Assembly: GCA_009914755.4 (NCBI GenBank)
Contig: CP068257.2
Location: 18,816,001 to 18,880,000 of the forward strand
Reading direction: 5' to 3'
DNA from: the human T2T-CHM13v2.0 reference genome, Homo sapiens
DNA length: 64,000 bases
Shown here one piece after another: positions 1-16,025 of the stretch. Each line of letters starts with the position of its first letter. The first letter of the stretch is position 1. The translations under genes and the position numbers were made by a program. The notes beneath the pieces are model-generated. The model was not told the origin of the DNA. It ran no database searches and was given only the letters and a program-made list of their open reading frames with translations.

Positions 1-3330
<3,330 letters not shown>

Positions 3331-4699
3331 GTGGTCTAGTGTTATGAAAGTGTCATATGAAATTGTAACTGTTTTTGAATACTATTACAATTCATGAAGA
3401 GTGTCTAAGAACAATGTTGTAAATCATGAAGAGTATCTAAGAAGGTCTTGAGGCCTGTCCCCATAATTGGCACAACACCGAGCTCCTGCTAGTGCTGGTA
3501 ACCTTGTTTAATTAAAGTGAATAAATTTAAAATGAATAGGTTTGTGAACTTGATGAAATATTCTAAATTAAATAATTAACATAGTATATAGAGAGGTAAT
3601 ATACTACATGAATGTGTTTCTTGTGACTACCAGGTATCATCGGCTTCAGTTGATGTATAATAATTAAGAATAGTAATCTTAATCCCACAGAAAAAGTGGA
3701 AACATAGCAAATGAACACATCTCAAAATTATCCTATTTGAGGGCAAAGATAGCTAGAATATGTTTACACAAAATACGAAGTCGTTGTTTGGGGGTTCTGA
3801 TGGTGCCAGCACTTCTTTAGGCTGGCAATTCTGCATGCAACAGTTATAGCAATGAAAGTCTTCAGGCCATTGAAATTGTATCCTGGAAGATCTTCAGGCC
3901 ATATATGGGCCAAGGATAGCAGCTGTCACAGGAAAAAAATCATCATGATGACTTATGGTAAGCCAAGCTCTTACATATCAAATGTAGATTGGAATGGCAA
4001 GATAGTTTACAGACTAGGTAAGATTGTGATTGTGATTTTTAAACTAAAAAAATTTAGGCATCCTTTCTATTAAATTCCGAGCATTGTCTTTTATAATGCC
4101 CATTCTCTTTCCAATTCCATGACTTTACATTTTCCTCTACATATTTTCTTCCGCTTTTCAAATTCCTTTTGATAATGTTGATTTAATATTGGATAATCAA
4201 AACAAGGATGAGTGAGCGAAGTTGAAATGCCTTCTATAAAACAATTGGAATCTTCTTGTCATATTTTGTTTTACCTTAAATTTATTGAAACTCATTTTTT
4301 AGAATCATACAGTTCTATTTCTCAATGGAAAAGAAAGTGTTCTATAATAAATGTTGAATTAAAGGTAACTTTGTATCTTCTGCTTTATCATTTTAATCCT
4401 TATTGAACATTCTGTTGACATTGCATAAATACATTCTTATAATCTTTATACAAAATTTATTGTAACAAATTACATATTTGTAAATAAAATTTTAAAATTT
4501 CCCCTAAATTTAAATTGAATAATTTTAATTTCTTGATTTTTTGAAACCAATATTGTGTGTGGTATTTAAATAGAAATCTTTGAAAATACATTCATTAAAT
4601 ATGTTATCTCATTATAAAATATTTTCAATTACTGTTTTAAATAATGAAGAACATTTTATACTTTTCCCTTATTTTCACTATTTTAAAAATTTCATTAAG

Positions 4700-5790
4700 A
4701 TGTAAGCAAAATGGTGAAACAGGAGGTACCACATTCATATCTCCCCACAGCAAAAATAATCTGGCAGCCAACCATGGATAAAAGTGTCTTCGTGGGATCT
4801 TTGGGATCCAGGTAGGAAAAAGGCATGAATCCAAAGTAGAGCCCAAGACCAACGAGGGTCATTTTGAGAAAGCAGATCCTCACCGGTGACAGGCTCACTG
4901 ATCAGAGTCCAGGATACAGACCTGGAAAGAGTCCATCTCATTGTGGGCTTAATTACATCCCCTGCTATGAGCATCATCCACCAAGAGACCCTGGAGAAGC
5001 CAATCCTGCCAGCTCCTTAGGTATAAAGACTACTGACCTTGGTCCTAGCTGTGGACCCTGAAGCATCTTGTGACCCACCTTCAGCTCCTCTCAGCCTTGA
5101 TCTGGGTACAATCCTGTTCAAACAGGGACGCAGCAGAAGACATACCCATGTATGCCTCAAAGTTGAGGCTGCCAAACTCAGTAGAACTGTGGATACTGAA
5201 GCAGCCCTGTAAACCATCGCCAGCCACTCTATTTTACAGTCCCACCTACCCAGGGCCCAGGGGAAAGAGATACCAATCCTTGTCCCCAGAGGCAGGACTG
5301 TTTACTTTGATCTAACCACAGATCTTAACAGGGCCCTGTGACTCACTTTTGATGTCATCGCTGAAAAAAATCATTGCCACTGTTAATGTCCAGGAGCTTT
5401 TTCCCCATGTTTTCTTCTAGAAATTTTATGGTTCCAGGTCTTAAATTTAAGTAACTGCCCCTCCCATCTATGGTCTGAGAGTTGTCCTGTCTACCTAGGG
5501 ACCCAACAAGAGACACGCCTGGCCATGACCCAGGAGGCAGGCCCACTGACCTTGGCCCTATTGCCAGCCCTACTGATCAAGGTCCTGGAGACAGTCTAGT
5601 CTGCCTAGAGATCAGATGGGATCCCTGCCTGCCTGAACCCCTGGTAATAGGCCTGTGGATATAACAGCCTCAATGTCACTAAGCTCCAGCCCCACAATCC
5701 CAGAAGCAAGCACATAATCTCAGAGACCTGAGAGCAGTAGGTCTTTAACTGCCAAAAGAAATCCGTAAAGACTGGAAGAGGTGTTTGATC
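4700..5790 (+). mobile_element. Possible L1 5'UTR, contiguous with the sense L1 that follows; family unresolved
   Basis: This moderately GC-rich, CpG-poor block sits directly upstream of a recognisable L1 ORF1 start at ~5800. I cannot match it confidently to a consensus, so the call is inferred from adjacency only. Confidence 0.35.
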
Positions 5791-5886
5791 CTTCAAATAA
5801 ACAGACACCAATGCAATAATACACAAATTATGAAGAATCAAGCAAACATGACATTACCAAGGAAACCAATAAAGCTCTAATAATGG

Positions 5887-5887
<1 letters not shown>

Positions 5888-5963
<76 letters not shown>

Positions 5964-5972
5964 AGAGAGAGA
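5888..5972. repeat. Compound microsatellite (CA)~21(GA)~20 inside the L1 ORF1 region
   Basis: Direct reading shows 'acacacac...' from ~5888 to 5930, then 'agagagag...' with a few interruptions to ~5972. Confidence 0.95.
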
Positions 5973-7608
5973 AGAGATTTTGGCTTTCCTGGAAAATAAT
6001 TCCAAATAATCCTCTTAAGGAAATGCAGTGAGATGCAACAGAACACAGATAAAAAAGCTAAACAATTTTTAAATGCATAAACAAAATTATAAGTTTAAAA
6101 AGAAATAGAAAAAATAAAAAAGGACCAGGCAGAATCCTGAGCTAAAGAGTACAGTGACAGGACTGAAAATTTTAATAGACAGTTGCAATAGCAGACAGTC
6201 ACTCAGAAGAAAGAATCATCAAACTTGAAGTTAAGTTATTTGAAATTAGCCAGTTGGTGGATAAAAGAAAGTGAAGAAATATACTAGATCTAAAATTAGT
6301 ATGGAGCTACAAAAGACCCTGAAGAGCCAAAGCAATCTTGAGTAAGAAGAACAAAGCTGGAGTCATCACACTTACTGATTTCAAACTACATTACAAGCCT
6401 TTAGTAATCAAAACAGTACGGTACTGGCATAAAAACAGATACACAGGACAATGGAACAAAATAGAGAGCTCAGAAATAAACTCATGCATACACAACCAAT
6501 TTCTGAGAATCTACAACCATCTTTGAGAAGAGCTCTGAAAGTACCCAAGGAGGAAAGTTTCATCTCTTCAATAAATGGTGTTTGGAAAACTAGATAGCCA
6601 TATACAAAATGATGAAACTGGGTCCTTTTATCATATATAAGTTAACCCAAATGGATTACAGACTTAAAAGTAAGATCTGAAATGGTAAAACTCCTAGAAG
6701 AAAACATAGAGAAAAAGCTCCTTGACATTGGTCTTGGAAATAATTTTTTGGATATTGCATCAAAAGCACTGGTTAAACAAAACAAAACAAAAATAAACAA
6801 GTGGGACTCCATCAAACTAAAAACTTACTGCAGAGCAAAGAAAACAATCAACAAAATGAAAAGGCAATCTCAGACTGGGAAAAATATATGCAAACCACAT
6901 ATACAATAAGGGATAATATTCAAAATATTTAAAGAACTAAATTCAATAGCATAAAATAAATAAATAACCTAATTAAGAATGGGCAAAGGACCTGAATAGA
7001 TATTTCCCAAAAGAAGACATACAAACGGCCAACAGGTATAGGGGAAGGTGCTTCAAATCAACCATCACCGGCGAAATATAAACTAAAACTATAAGTTATT
7101 ACCTCACATCTGTTAGAATGGTGGTTATCACTAAAGACAGGATAACAAAAGTTGATTAGGGTAAGGAGAAAAGAAAACTCCTGTACACTGTTGGTGGGAA
7201 TTGTATATTGGTACAGCCATTATGGAAAACAGTGTGGAAATTCCACAAAAAATTCAAAATAGATCTATCATATGATCCAGTATTCCATTTCTGGGTATAT
7301 AACCAAAACAACTGAAAATAGAATCATGAAGAATTATTTGTACGCTCATGTTCATTGTAGCAGTATTCCTAATACCCAAGCTATGGAAATAACACAAACG
7401 TCCATCAACAGATAAATAGATAAAGAAAATGTAATAAAGATTATCTGTGTGTATATATACATGCAATGGAATATTATTCAGACTTAAAAGGAAGTAAATC
7501 ATGTCATTTTCAATAACATGGATGAACCTAGATTGTGCTAGTGAAATAAGACAAAGAAAGACCAATATTGTATACTACACTTATCAGTGGAATCTAAAGA
7601 AGTCAAAC

Positions 7609-7908
7609 TCAGAATGAAAACTATCGCAAGTACAGAAAACAAAACACCGCATGTTCTCACTCACAGGTGGGATTTGAACAATGAGAACACTTGGACACAG
7701 AGCAGGGAACATCACACACCAGGGCCTGTCGTGGGGTGGGGCGATGGGGGAGGGATAGCATTAGGAGATATACCTAATGTAAATGACAAGTTAATGGGTG
7801 CAGCACACCAACATGGCACATGTCTACATATGTAACAAATCTGCACGTTGTGCACATGTACCCTAGAACTTAAAGTATAATAAATAAATAAATTAATTAA
7901 TTTAAAAA
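7609..7908 (+). mobile_element. L1PA-type 3'-terminal fragment (~300 bp, 5'-truncated) nested inside the older L1, with a target-site duplication
   Basis: It carries the classic young-L1 3' end 'ccgcatgttctcactcacaggtgggatttgaacaatgagaacacttggacacag...cctaatgtaaatgacaagttaatgggtgcagcacaccaacatggcacatgt...gtaccctagaacttaaagtataataaa' plus an A-rich tail. The flanking direct repeat is 'gaagtcaaactca' at ~7596-7608 and again at ~7910-7922. Confidence 0.85.
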
Positions 7909-9906
7909 AAGGAAGTCAAACTCATGGAAATAGAGAACAGAATGATGGTTGCCAGGGGCTGGGTTTATGAGTGGGGTGGATGGGGAGATGTTGGTCAAAA
8001 GTTATAAACTTTCGGTTACAAGGTAAGTTCTGGCAATCTAACTTACAGCATGATGACTGTAATTAGTAACAATGTATCATATACTTGAATTTTGAGTCTT
8101 ATAGATCTTAAGTGTTCTCATCACTCACACATATAAATGATAATTATGTGAAGTGATGAATGTGTTAATTAGCTCGATTATAGTCCTCATTTTAAAATGT
8201 ATGTTTATATATATATAAAGTGTATATTATATACTATAACATATATATCTCAAATCATCACATTTTATACTTTAAATATACCTTTGTCAGTTATACCTCA
8301 ATAAAATCAGAAAACATCATTATTCTATAAAATCCATAGAACTGTAAAATACCAAATACATCTATTTTCACCTTTTTTCATATTTGATACACTTACCAAT
8401 CATATTCTTATAATATTAGGTGTATTATTAACATTTTTGTGAAGTTGTTTAAGGTTGGAATACATAAATTCAGCCAATATCAAGGAATTGATTTTTGAAA
8501 TATCTTTAAGATCCATTATACATTTTGTCGGATGTAGTTTAAGTAACATTTTCGCATTCAATAAAATTTACCTATATTCAACCTTTTATTTATCAATGAA
8601 AATATTCAGCATTAGAAGTACTTTGACATAAGTAACACATGCTGAATCAGTTTATTTTGAATGTAAATTCTTTGTAAGTATGGGTAGAGACATCACATTA
8701 AAAGGAAAAAAGCTTATGTTTTCTACTCTATTAAAAAGAAATCTGGTCTATTAGATTGTTTTGCTGAGTAATAAAATATTCTCAGCATAGTTATCATTAC
8801 AATGCTGTTCCCAGAAGCTCTTCAAAATCTTAGGCAAAACAGATTTATAAAGGTGGCTTTTAAGATAAGTCAGCATTTTTTACTTAACTACAACTCAAGT
8901 TATCAACACAGCCTGGGCACACAGTTTTACTCTTAGGCATTTATTTAGATCCTTCAAATCACTTACAGTGCTTGTTTTAATCCATACACTTCTTTGGTCC
9001 TAAACATTTGTATTAAAATACAAACAGCTAGAGGATTCATAAAATGTACTGTGAAAAGCAGAAAACCAGTTCTGAGATAAGAAGAGTTTCTCAATTTAAA
9101 TATGCTATACAATTTTAGTTAAAATTCTGTCTTTGTGAGTCACTGTGAAAAATCAGCCATAAAAACAAATTTTCCCTTTTACTTCAGATGTGTTTATGTA
9201 AAATATTTTAATAAGGAAAAATAATATCTTTGTAGGTTTACTGATATACTTTCAAACCATCACAAAATGAAAAAGAAAAAGTTCAGAATTTTAATCACAA
9301 TTGTAAAATGAAGAATGCTTTAATAATGCAAACTGAATTATTATTTACCAATGAATTCTGTCAGGTTATTTCATCAACCTCTCTACTCACATTTGATGAA
9401 AAGACTGCATTTTAAAAACTGATAAAACTACTTGGAATAGTTTGACAGCGTTTGGGTTATTTGAACAAAGAAAGATTAAATAATGTATTACCTGAGCTCC
9501 TATTGAGGATAATTAGTGTTTTCATTAAAAACTAAAGTAACAAAGAAAGTGAAATTTTAAGTTATTTTCTGTCATATTCTTATAAGGAAATAAAAGTTCA
9601 TTTCAGCTGGTGACTTGGCTCAGACACATAGCACTGTCATTGCCGTGTGTCCATCAACTATGAATAAAAATGCAATGAAGGATTTTCTAGTGGCATTTTA
9701 AAGCAAATATTCAAACAGTCCTTTTCTTGGATTGAAGATAATTTCTCCATAAACCTACAAATAAAGAGAATATAAAATTTTTAAAATGTTATTTTTGTCT
9801 CCAATACCTTTTCTCACAGCGTAATATTAGTGATGACTATTTCTTGTCTTTCCGCTAACAAGAGTTTGCAGAACTGGATGTTAGTATTTTGAAATATTCA
9901 AGCTTT

Positions 9907-9957
9907 CTTCTTTGAAATGCACTAATGCAGTGCACTAATGCATTTCAAAGAAGAATG
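9907..9957. other. 51-bp near-perfect palindrome with 17-bp perfect arms: 'ttcttctttgaaatgca' ... 'tgcatttcaaagaagaa'
   Basis: I computed the reverse complement of 9907-9957 by hand. The arms are identical and the 17-19 bp spacer ('ctaatgcagtgcactaatg') contains a tandem 'gcactaatgca' and is itself about 75% self-complementary. Confidence 0.85.
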
Positions 9958-10839
9958 TTTGAATACTTTATATATGTATTCATATATATATATGAAACTC
10001 ACTATTACTGCGAGACAATTACTCTTTTATTCTCTACTTTTCACAACTCTATACATATACATCATCTTTAAGAAATTATAGCATTAAGTCTGATGTATAC
10101 ACTGTTTCAAGCTGTGCACTGGCCAAATACACTGAGTGACACATAAGAGCTTAAATCCAACTTGTGTTCTTCACTACATAATGAAAAGAGGGATGGGGCT
10201 GTTTGCACCTGCAAGAAGGGAAATGTATTTTAATTTATATGAGGTTCCATATGGGCTACTCATGTACAAGTACAATATCATACATACTTTTAAAACTAAT
10301 AGACTGCAAACCACATATGAAATTTCCTTTATTTTCATATTTTATATTTACATTGAAATTGAAGACTTGATTCTGCCTTTGATTACATTTGAATTTTCAG
10401 CTCTTGGACCCATAGTAAAAAACTGAAATTGCATAAGAATATAACTAGTACTTTACCAGTTTTAAAAGATCGCCATATTCTGAACCCACTGGGAAAGAAT
10501 CACTTCCCAGAGCTTCCCAATTATGTGCCTATAGATCTGAACACCTCTATTTAACCCAAGAACTCATAGACTTTTCCATAATAAAGCTACAAAGGGATCA
10601 ATTCATAGCTCAATAGGGTGCTTATAGGATCCTACTGAAGCTGAGAGTGGTGTATATTCTGATTATGTTATTCTATTCTAAATAACAACCTGGCTAAAAG
10701 ATTAGGAAAAAAAATTATTTTTTTAAATTTAAATTTCTAAATTAAACTTACATTTAAATTTTTATTTGTATGTTTCTAGAAACACCCTAACTTTATTTAG
10801 CGCACTCCATTCACACTGGAATTTTTTTTTCTACGTGCG

Positions 10840-11460
10840 TTTTTTTTTGTTTGGTTAATTAATTGACAAATTGATATTGTATATATTTATGGTGGGCAAT
10901 GTAAAACTTTGATATATATATATATATATACGTTGTAGAATAATTGTCGAGCTAGTTAACATATTCATCACCTCACATATAGATAATTTGGGGGGAGGGT
11001 AAAATGATTTACAAATCTACTCTCAGCAATTTTCAAGTATACGATACATTATTGTTAACTGTAGTCACCACACTGTTAAATAAATTTCCCATACTTATGC
11101 CTCCTAACTGAAACTATGCACCCTTTCACAGCATCATCTCCTCATATTTCCATCCTCAACCCCCAGCTCCTGATAACCACCATTCTACTTTTTACTTCTC
11201 TGAGTTTGAATATTTCCAATTCCACAAAAAAGTGAGATCATGCAATATTTATCTTTCTGTGCTTGGCTTATCTCCCTTAGCATCGTGTCCTCTAGGTTCA
11301 TTCACATCGTCACAAATGAGAGGGTTTTCTTCTTTTAGACTGAACACTATTGTGTCGTGCATATATGCCACATTTCTTTTGTCTTTTCATCTGCTGATGG
11401 ACACTTATGCCATATGTTGGTTGTTATGAATGATGCTGAAATGAGCATGGGAAATGTCCC
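10840..11460 (-). mobile_element. L1 3'-end fragment (older L1M-type), antisense, beginning with a T/TA-rich tail
   Basis: It reads as the reverse complement of the L1M 3' region, with strings 'gtagtcaccacactgttaaataaatttcc', 'cctcaacccccagctcctgataaccaccattctactttttacttctctgagtttgaatatttccaattccacaaaaaagtgagatcatgcaatatttatctttctgtgcttggcttatctc' and 'ttcattcacatcgtcacaaatgagagggttttcttctttt'. Confidence 0.7.
10909..10931. repeat. (TA)n microsatellite (~11 units) in the tail of the L1 fragment
   Basis: Direct reading: 'gatatatatatatatatatatac'. Confidence 0.9.
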
Positions 11461-13779
11461 CGAAAGTCCGTGTGTCAGTACCCTTTTTATTTAAAATTAC
11501 TCCGTTTCCATGTGTGTTTTCAAAAAGCAATACCAAGGGGCACACTTTTCAAAATGCAGCATTTGCTTTTTGTTTCATTTCCTAAACTTGAAATTTTTTA
11601 AATTATAGTGTTTATATTTTAGGATTTTCTATAACTATTCATTGACATAATGTGGGATTTTGCTATTTATACTACTTTGTAGATTTGACAAATCTCCTTC
11701 CCATTCTTAGTGAACAACAACAAAAATATATAGTGGAGAGCTGTAAATCTTGCATTACATTTTCTTTTTTTTTCTTAAATATAATTTTTAAAAATTCAAT
11801 ACAATTAAAATTTTGAGATTTTTTTGAAATTTTGAGAACGTTGTAATTTTTGTGATCTAATAATTTCTTCTCAGCAAGAGCATCATATAGTACAGTTCCA
11901 AAGATTTTGAACTTCATCATTGTCTTTTTTTAAAAAAAAGTTTTTAATGGCATATTTGATATGCATTTAATGTGTATAATGCATATTTTAAAAATTATGT
12001 AGCTGTTATTACTCTAGGATGGGAAACTCTCAGATATTATGTGAATTTATGTTTTTAAATGCTGAAACCCTTAAAAGTATTTCAGATGTTACAGTGTTCT
12101 TATTAAAACTGTCATACAATGTCATAGAGAAAAACAATGAGGCATTTTTTCTTTATCTTCTTCCTCTTAATAGTTTAGTAATCAAGATAAACTGATGCAT
12201 CTTTGTGAGCCTCCATTCCACTGACGTAAAATACAAAAAAAAAAACAGTTATTGTAAATGTTTAATGAAATACTCTCTGTAAATATAGTTTATACATTGA
12301 AAAGAACTATAAAAATGGAAATTATACACACATGTGCATGTATGAACACACTTATATGTTATAGATATATGCATATATACTCACTAAATTAGTGACAGTT
12401 TAGAAACTTACTTGTGTGCAAAATTCAACAAAATGTCAGAATATTATTGTTTTTGTTTAAAGCCATTTGAAAACCTTCAAAACAAAGAAGAGCTGCAAAG
12501 TATTTTTCAGATTTTGATATGTGAGGAATTTGACTTAGTTTTTCCGGACAGATGCTGAAAACATTGAAAATATATTAAGACTTCTCCTATCTAATCAGAG
12601 ACTGAGAATAAATAAAGAGAATTTTGATTTTGATCCCATATAATTTGTTGCACATTTCAGAAAGTCCTGGAAAATGCAAATAATATGTATATATTTTTAA
12701 AGCATTTTCTTTAGTTAAAGAAAAATGGTTTCCTTCTGTGATTATGAGACTTATATGTTAATTCTTACACAGGTCAAAGCCATAAACCATGGTCTTATCC
12801 ATAATGTAGGAAACAATGATTAGATTACAAAGTATCACCAAAGGATGCATGGTTATGAATTTCCATTTAGGAAAAGAAAGCATTACAGTACTCATGTTAA
12901 TAGTTCTTTTTACCTTTAATCTATTCTGTTATTCTCATCATCATATCTCATGTACTCAACAAAAGTGAAATGGAATGAAAAGTCCTTTGCTTTCTTAATG
13001 CTGGCCTAAAAGCCCTAACACTTAGATTTGCAATACAATTTAAATATGTATACAAGTGTCTTTGTTTCATTTTTTAGTATATGATACATGACCATCCATT
13101 TATTGATGTGACAACTGTGTCTGAAACATTTAGGTTGCTGAAAAAAATTCTACTAAAAAAGTATCTTAAATAGCATTGAGTCTACTGTTGTATCAAATAA
13201 CATTCCATGTATTAGTAACTAAGAGCCAGAATCACAGCTCTGTGGCATTAAGGATCCAGAGTCCTTTTTATGTTTATCTTTGATATCTGTGGGTTTTGTC
13301 TTTTTTAAAATTATGTTCATAAAGACTCTTCACCGGTGTACATTCCTGCCAACAAGAATGGAATAAAGAGAAAAAATAATGTTGTTTTTTTTTTAAAAAA
13401 AAAGGTCAGAAAACATAATTGCCTACACCACCTCCACTTCGTCCTGCTAGCCATATCCATAATCTACTGTCAGGACAGTCTTTACATGAATATTCATATG
13501 TCCAGCCCCAGCTAGCAACTCTATTGCCATAGAAGAATGCGCCAAAAATGCAAAATAACTTGCCATCTCTGTCAAAGTGTTGAACACAATCTAAAATCTA
13601 GGGTTGCTCTGAATTTCTGATAGTCTGTTAGTGTTGATTGTTATACTACAGTCTCAATAAAAATGGAATCTATGTGTTTTCATGCCCAGAATTGTTGTAT
13701 GCATATACGTTGAAAGAAAAATGAATTTACAGTGACCCTACTTAGCTTCAGCTGTTTTCATTCAAACAAGTATGTGTGT

Positions 13780-13990
13780 GTGTATATATATAAAATATAT
13801 AATATATAATAATATATAATATATATTATATAATTATATATAATTATATAATATATAATAAAATTATATATAATAATATAATATATTTATATAAATATAT
13901 AATATATATAATATGTATATATAATTATATTATATATTATATATAACATATATATAATGTAATATATTATATATGTGTGTATATGTAGCA
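13780..13990. repeat. ~210-bp AT-only low-complexity block made of irregular TATAA/TATAT/ATAAT units, flanked by short (GT)n
   Basis: Direct reading shows essentially only A and T across this stretch. It is bounded by 'gtatgtgtgtgtgtatatatata' on the left and 'tatatatgtgtgtatatgtag' on the right. Confidence 0.9.
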
Positions 13991-15479
13991 TTCAATAGGT
14001 ACATATGCAGATATAAAAAATTTATCCATATGATGCATAATTAATGACTCAAATTTAAACAAAACTTGCATGTGAGATATCTAGTATCATTAAAAGTGAT
14101 TCAGAATAAGCAGAACTCTTAGAAAGATCAAGTTGCTCTTCTCTATCACAAAATATGTATCTACCACAAAATATTGAATCATGTTAAGGGCTAATAAAAG
14201 CAGACTCTTCTTGTATCCATTCTCGGCCATTGCAGAATTTTAACATATATATTTTTAAACTTTACGTTTTGTACTTTATTCCTGGTAATCTGATACCTCT
14301 TTTCAAGAAGATGTATTGATCCCATAGGGAAGTTTGTTGCTTTAGGAAGGATGCTCAAAAAAGTAGAAGGAAGGAAAAAGATCTCTTCCGGGAGACCTGA
14401 CAAAATCATTTAGGTAACATTTGTGTTATTGGACACTTCTAGTAGCATCTCTAATATACTATATACACGAATTCAATAGCAAACAGAAATGAAGCATATC
14501 AAATAAGGAGAAGAAAATCATATTAGGACAATGATGAGTGCTAATCTTTTGTTGTATTTTCAAAGTTTCTAACATTTACAAATGAAATTATATGAGTTGA
14601 CATTACTAAGAATTAAAATAGTGGATCATGAGGTGACTAAAATAAGTACAGCTGTTTCATTGCATTTTATTCTTCTTAATTTTGCTCCTGACTGGTCCCC
14701 ATGAAATGCTAGATGATTAACAAAATATTTAGATAGTTGAAGGAAGATATCACTTAAAAGCATTCTGCACAAGATTGCCGATCATTTCAAAAGGACAAAA
14801 TAGTGGAGAACGTAACACATACATTAATTGAAATGATTTTCGTGTGTGAGAATGGGAGCATACTAAAGAAATAAAACAAATCTTGGCAGAATTTCCACTT
14901 ATGTTACTCTCTGTCTTTACTCCTATATAAATAAGAAAGATTGTAAAGAAACAAAAAAACCTCTTGAACCGTCTGAAATCTTGCCAATTTTTTTGGAACA
15001 CTAATGAATCTTGGAAATCTTATCATTCAAAATATAGCTGTACTACTTAGCAGGTCATCAATAGACATTTTTTTTTTTCTCTCTGTATTCTGAGGCCACA
15101 CAGGCTTTCTCCTTTTTGTTTTCCTTTCAATCTAAACTCTGCATAACACTTTCTCTACAAAACCCTTCCTTTCTGTTGAGGTTAATATGGCTTGTGTGTG
15201 GCTTAGGGTAGATATCATATTGCCTTAGGGGTGCTCCACCATCTCACACTGTTAATTCCAATTCCCCATGTTGTTTGGTCAGATACTATGAGTTGGCTCA
15301 TGAAGAATGAACTTTCAATTCCTTTCTCAGTATCTTTTCCCTATCATAGAGGTTTAGAAGTGAAAAACATAATTTCTTTCTTTTAATAAGGGTCTCCATG
15401 TCACCTATTTCTGCCGAATGAAACACAGTGTAAAATCTAACAAGGTTTTTTGAGAAAAACTTGTTGTTTGAAAAAGGCA

Positions 15480-16025
15480 TCTATGTTGAATTTTATGAGT
15501 CAACTTGACGGGGCTGAGGGACGCCCAGATAGCTGCTAAAACATTACTTCTGAGTGTCTCTGTGACGGTGTTTCTAAAAGAGATGGACATTTGGGTTGGC
15601 AGACTGAATAAAAAAGATCACTCTTCCTAGTGTGGATGAGCATTATCCAATTGGTTGAGGGCTGGAATAGAACAAAGAGGCAGAGGAAGGCTGAATTCAC
15701 TCTCACTTTCTGAGTTGGAACATCATCTTCTGCCCTCAGACATTGAAGCTCCTGGTTCTTGGCCCTTTAGATACTAGGATTTACACCAGTATCCCCCACC
15801 CAATTTCCAACTTTCAGGCCTTCAGACTGGGAATTATACCACAAGCTCTCCTGGTTCTCAGGCCTTTGGACTGAATTACAACACCGGCTTTCCTGGTTCC
15901 CCAGCTTACGTACTTCTCAGCCTCCAAGGTTATGTAAGTCAATTACTATAGTAAATCATATGTATGAATTCACAGAATGAGACATATTTATAGGTCCTTT
16001 TGGTTCTGTTTCTGTGGAGAACTTA
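15480..16025 (-). mobile_element. MLT2-type ERVL LTR, minus orientation, near full-length
   Basis: Its reverse complement matches the MLT2 consensus end to end: the start 'tccacagaaacagaaccaaaagg' (~'tgtagtcagggttctccagagaaacagaaccaatagg'), the middle 'ggaggctgagaagt...ccaggaaagccggtgttgtaattcagtccaaaggcctgagaaccagg', and the 3' end 'cccagatatt.../gtcaagttgac' seen on the + strand as 'gagtcaacttgacggggctgagggacgcccagatagc'. Confidence 0.75.

Larger units (their letters stand above)
5790..8250 (+). mobile_element. L1 (older, L1MA/L1PB-like), sense strand. It has the ORF1 N-terminus (5800-6290) joined by an internal deletion to the ORF2 C-terminal region (6300-7600) and the 3' end (7910-8250). 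It hosts a nested L1PA fragment.
   Basis: An ORF1-start-like string 'aatcaagcaaacatgacattaccaaggaaaccaataaagctc' is present. ORF2 C-terminal strings include 'caaagctggagtcatcacacttactgatttcaaactacattacaagcc', 'caataaatggtgtttggaaaactagatagccatatac' and 'aatgggcaaaggacctgaatagatatttcccaaaagaagacatacaaacggccaacag'. The old-L1 3' tail 'ggttgccaggggctgggtttatgagtggggtggatggggag' follows. Confidence 0.8.

Noticed and set aside
3852-4073. 73-aa ORF in unique DNA followed by a 'ggtaag' donor-like site at ~3958
   Set aside because: It has no acceptor, promoter or conservation evidence, and its composition is typical of AT-rich intergenic DNA. That is too weak to report as an exon.
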